The notes beneath the pieces are model-generated. The model did not search any database, was not told the origin of the DNA, and saw nothing but the letters and a program-made list of their open reading frames with translations. Shown in pieces: positions 22,715 through 24,000 of a DNA stretch of 24,000 nt. Origin of the DNA: Escherichia coli DSM 30083 = JCM 1649 = ATCC 11775 (lineage in GTDB: Bacteria > Pseudomonadota > Gammaproteobacteria > Enterobacterales > Enterobacteriaceae). The translations under genes were made by a program, and so were the position numbers. The DNA lies in assembly GCF_003697165.2 (NCBI RefSeq), contig NZ_CP033092.2, forward strand, positions 2,078,953-2,102,952, read 5' to 3'. Each line of letters starts with the position of its first letter. Within the stretch, counting starts at the first letter, position 1.

Positions 22715-23434
22715 GTGAATTCACTCTATACCGCTGAAGGTGTAATGGATAAACACTCGCTGTGGCAGCGTTATGTCCCGCTGGTGCGTCACGAAGCATT
22801 GCGCCTGCAGGTTCGACTGCCCGCGAGCGTGGAACTTGACGATCTGCTACAGGCGGGCGGCATTGGGTTACTTAATGCCGTCGAACGCTATGACGCCCTA
22901 CAAGGAACGGCATTTACAACTTACGCAGTGCAGCGTATACGTGGCGCTATGCTGGATGAACTTCGCAGCCGTGACTGGGTGCCGCGCAGCGTGCGACGCA
23001 ACGCGCGTGAAGTGGCACAGGCAATAGGGCAACTGGAGCAGGAACTTGGCCGCAACGCCACGGAAACTGAGGTAGCGGAACGTTTAGGGATCGATATTGC
23101 CGATTATCGCCAAATGTTGCTCGACACCAATAACAGCCAGCTCTTCTCCTACGATGAGTGGCGCGAAGAGCACGGCGATAGCATCGAACTGGTTACTGAT
23201 GATCATCAGCGAGAAAACCCGCTACAACAACTGCTGGACAGTAATCTGCGCCAGCGGGTGATGGAAACCATCGAAACGTTGCCGGAGCGCGAAAAACTGG
23301 TATTAACCCTCTATTATCAGGAAGAGCTGAATCTCAAAGAGATTGGCGCGGTGCTGGAGGTCGGGGAATCGCGGGTCAGTCAGTTACACAGCCAGGCTAT
23401 TAAACGGTTACGCACTAAACTGGGTAAGTTATAA
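22715..23434 (+). CDS. fliA: RNA polymerase sigma-28 factor FliA
   Basis: 239-aa ORF MNSLYTAEGVMDKHSLWQRYVPLVRHEALRLQVRLPASVELDDLLQAGGIGLLNAV... with sigma-70 regions 2 and 4. Confidence 0.99.
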   Translation: MNSLYTAEGVMDKHSLWQRYVPLVRHEALRLQVRLPASVELDDLLQAGGIGLLNAVERYDALQGTAFTTYAVQRIRGAMLDELRSRDWVPRSVRRNAREVAQAIGQLEQELGRNATETEVAERLGIDIADYRQMLLDTNNSQLFSYDEWREEHGDSIELVTDDHQRENPLQQLLDSNLRQRVMETIETLPEREKLVLTLYYQEELNLKEIGAVLEVGESRVSQLHSQAIKRLRTKLGKL

Positions 23435-23479
23435 CGTCAGTAAATGCCGCACTTTAATTTTGACTACCAGGAGTTCTTA

Positions 23480-24000
23480 ATGATGGTGCAGCACCTGAAA
23501 AGACGGCCATTAAGCCGCTATCTTAAAGACTTTAAACACAGCCAGACCCATTGCGCGCATTGCCGTAAATTACTCGATCGCATTACCTTAGTTCGCGACG
23601 GCAAAATAGTGAATAAAATCGAGATTTCCCGCCTGGACACGCTGCTTGATGAAAATGGCTGGCAAGTGGAACAACAATCATGGGCGGCATTGTGCCGATT
23701 TTGCGGTGATTTACATTGCAAAACGCAGAGTGATTTTTTCGATATTATCGGCTTTAAGAAATTTCTTTTTGAGCAAACTGAAATGAGCCCTGGTACGGTG
23801 CGTGAATATGTCGTTCGTCTGCGCCGTTTGGGGAATCATCTACACGAGCAAAATATTTCCCTCGACCAGCTGCAGGACGGTTTCCTTGATGAAATCCTCG
23901 CCCCGTGGCTGCCCTCCACCAGCACCAACAATTACCGCATCGCGTTACGGAAGTATCAACACTATCAGCGTCAAACGTGTACCGGACTTGTGCAGAAATC
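23480..24000 (+). CDS. fliZ: Flagellar regulator FliZ, 5' portion; runs off the right edge
   Basis: Frame from ATG 23480: MMVQHLKRRPLSRYLKDFKHSQTHCAHCRKLLDRITLVRDGKIVNKIEISRLDTLLDENGWQ...; open to the window end. Confidence 0.96.
   Translation, partial: MMVQHLKRRPLSRYLKDFKHSQTHCAHCRKLLDRITLVRDGKIVNKIEISRLDTLLDENGWQVEQQSWAALCRFCGDLHCKTQSDFFDIIGFKKFLFEQTEMSPGTVREYVVRLRRLGNHLHEQNISLDQLQDGFLDEILAPWLPSTSTNNYRIALRKYQHYQRQTCTGLVQK

Overview
The window is an Escherichia coli-type chromosomal segment. It spans most of the flagellar region III operons: partial fliP, fliO-fliK, fliJ-fliF (all minus), fliE (plus), fliT-fliS-fliD (minus), and fliC, fliA and partial fliZ (plus). The yedK, yedF, yedE, yedD and amyA genes lie in between. 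Almost all of it is ordinary and identifiable by protein recall. The exception is a ~4.3 kb accessory insert between fliE and yedK (~9460-13755). It carries emrE (SMR multidrug transporter), ybcL (PEBP-family secreted protein), ybcM (AraC-family regulator) and an intact NmpC/OmpC-like porin. This gene set is best known from the DLP12 prophage of K-12, which sits elsewhere on the chromosome. An apparent phage-integrase C-terminal remnant abuts fliE. Two near-identical 18-nt direct repeats (TGGGGCATGnAnGGGGCA) bracket the cargo, and the porin 3' UTR contains four tandem stem-loops ending in a terminator-like hairpin, reminiscent of the IpeX porin-regulating RNA. FliC carries a 585-aa variable-domain allele that is not the K-12 type. 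I see no CRISPR array, rRNA, tRNA or clearly novel multi-gene defence system.
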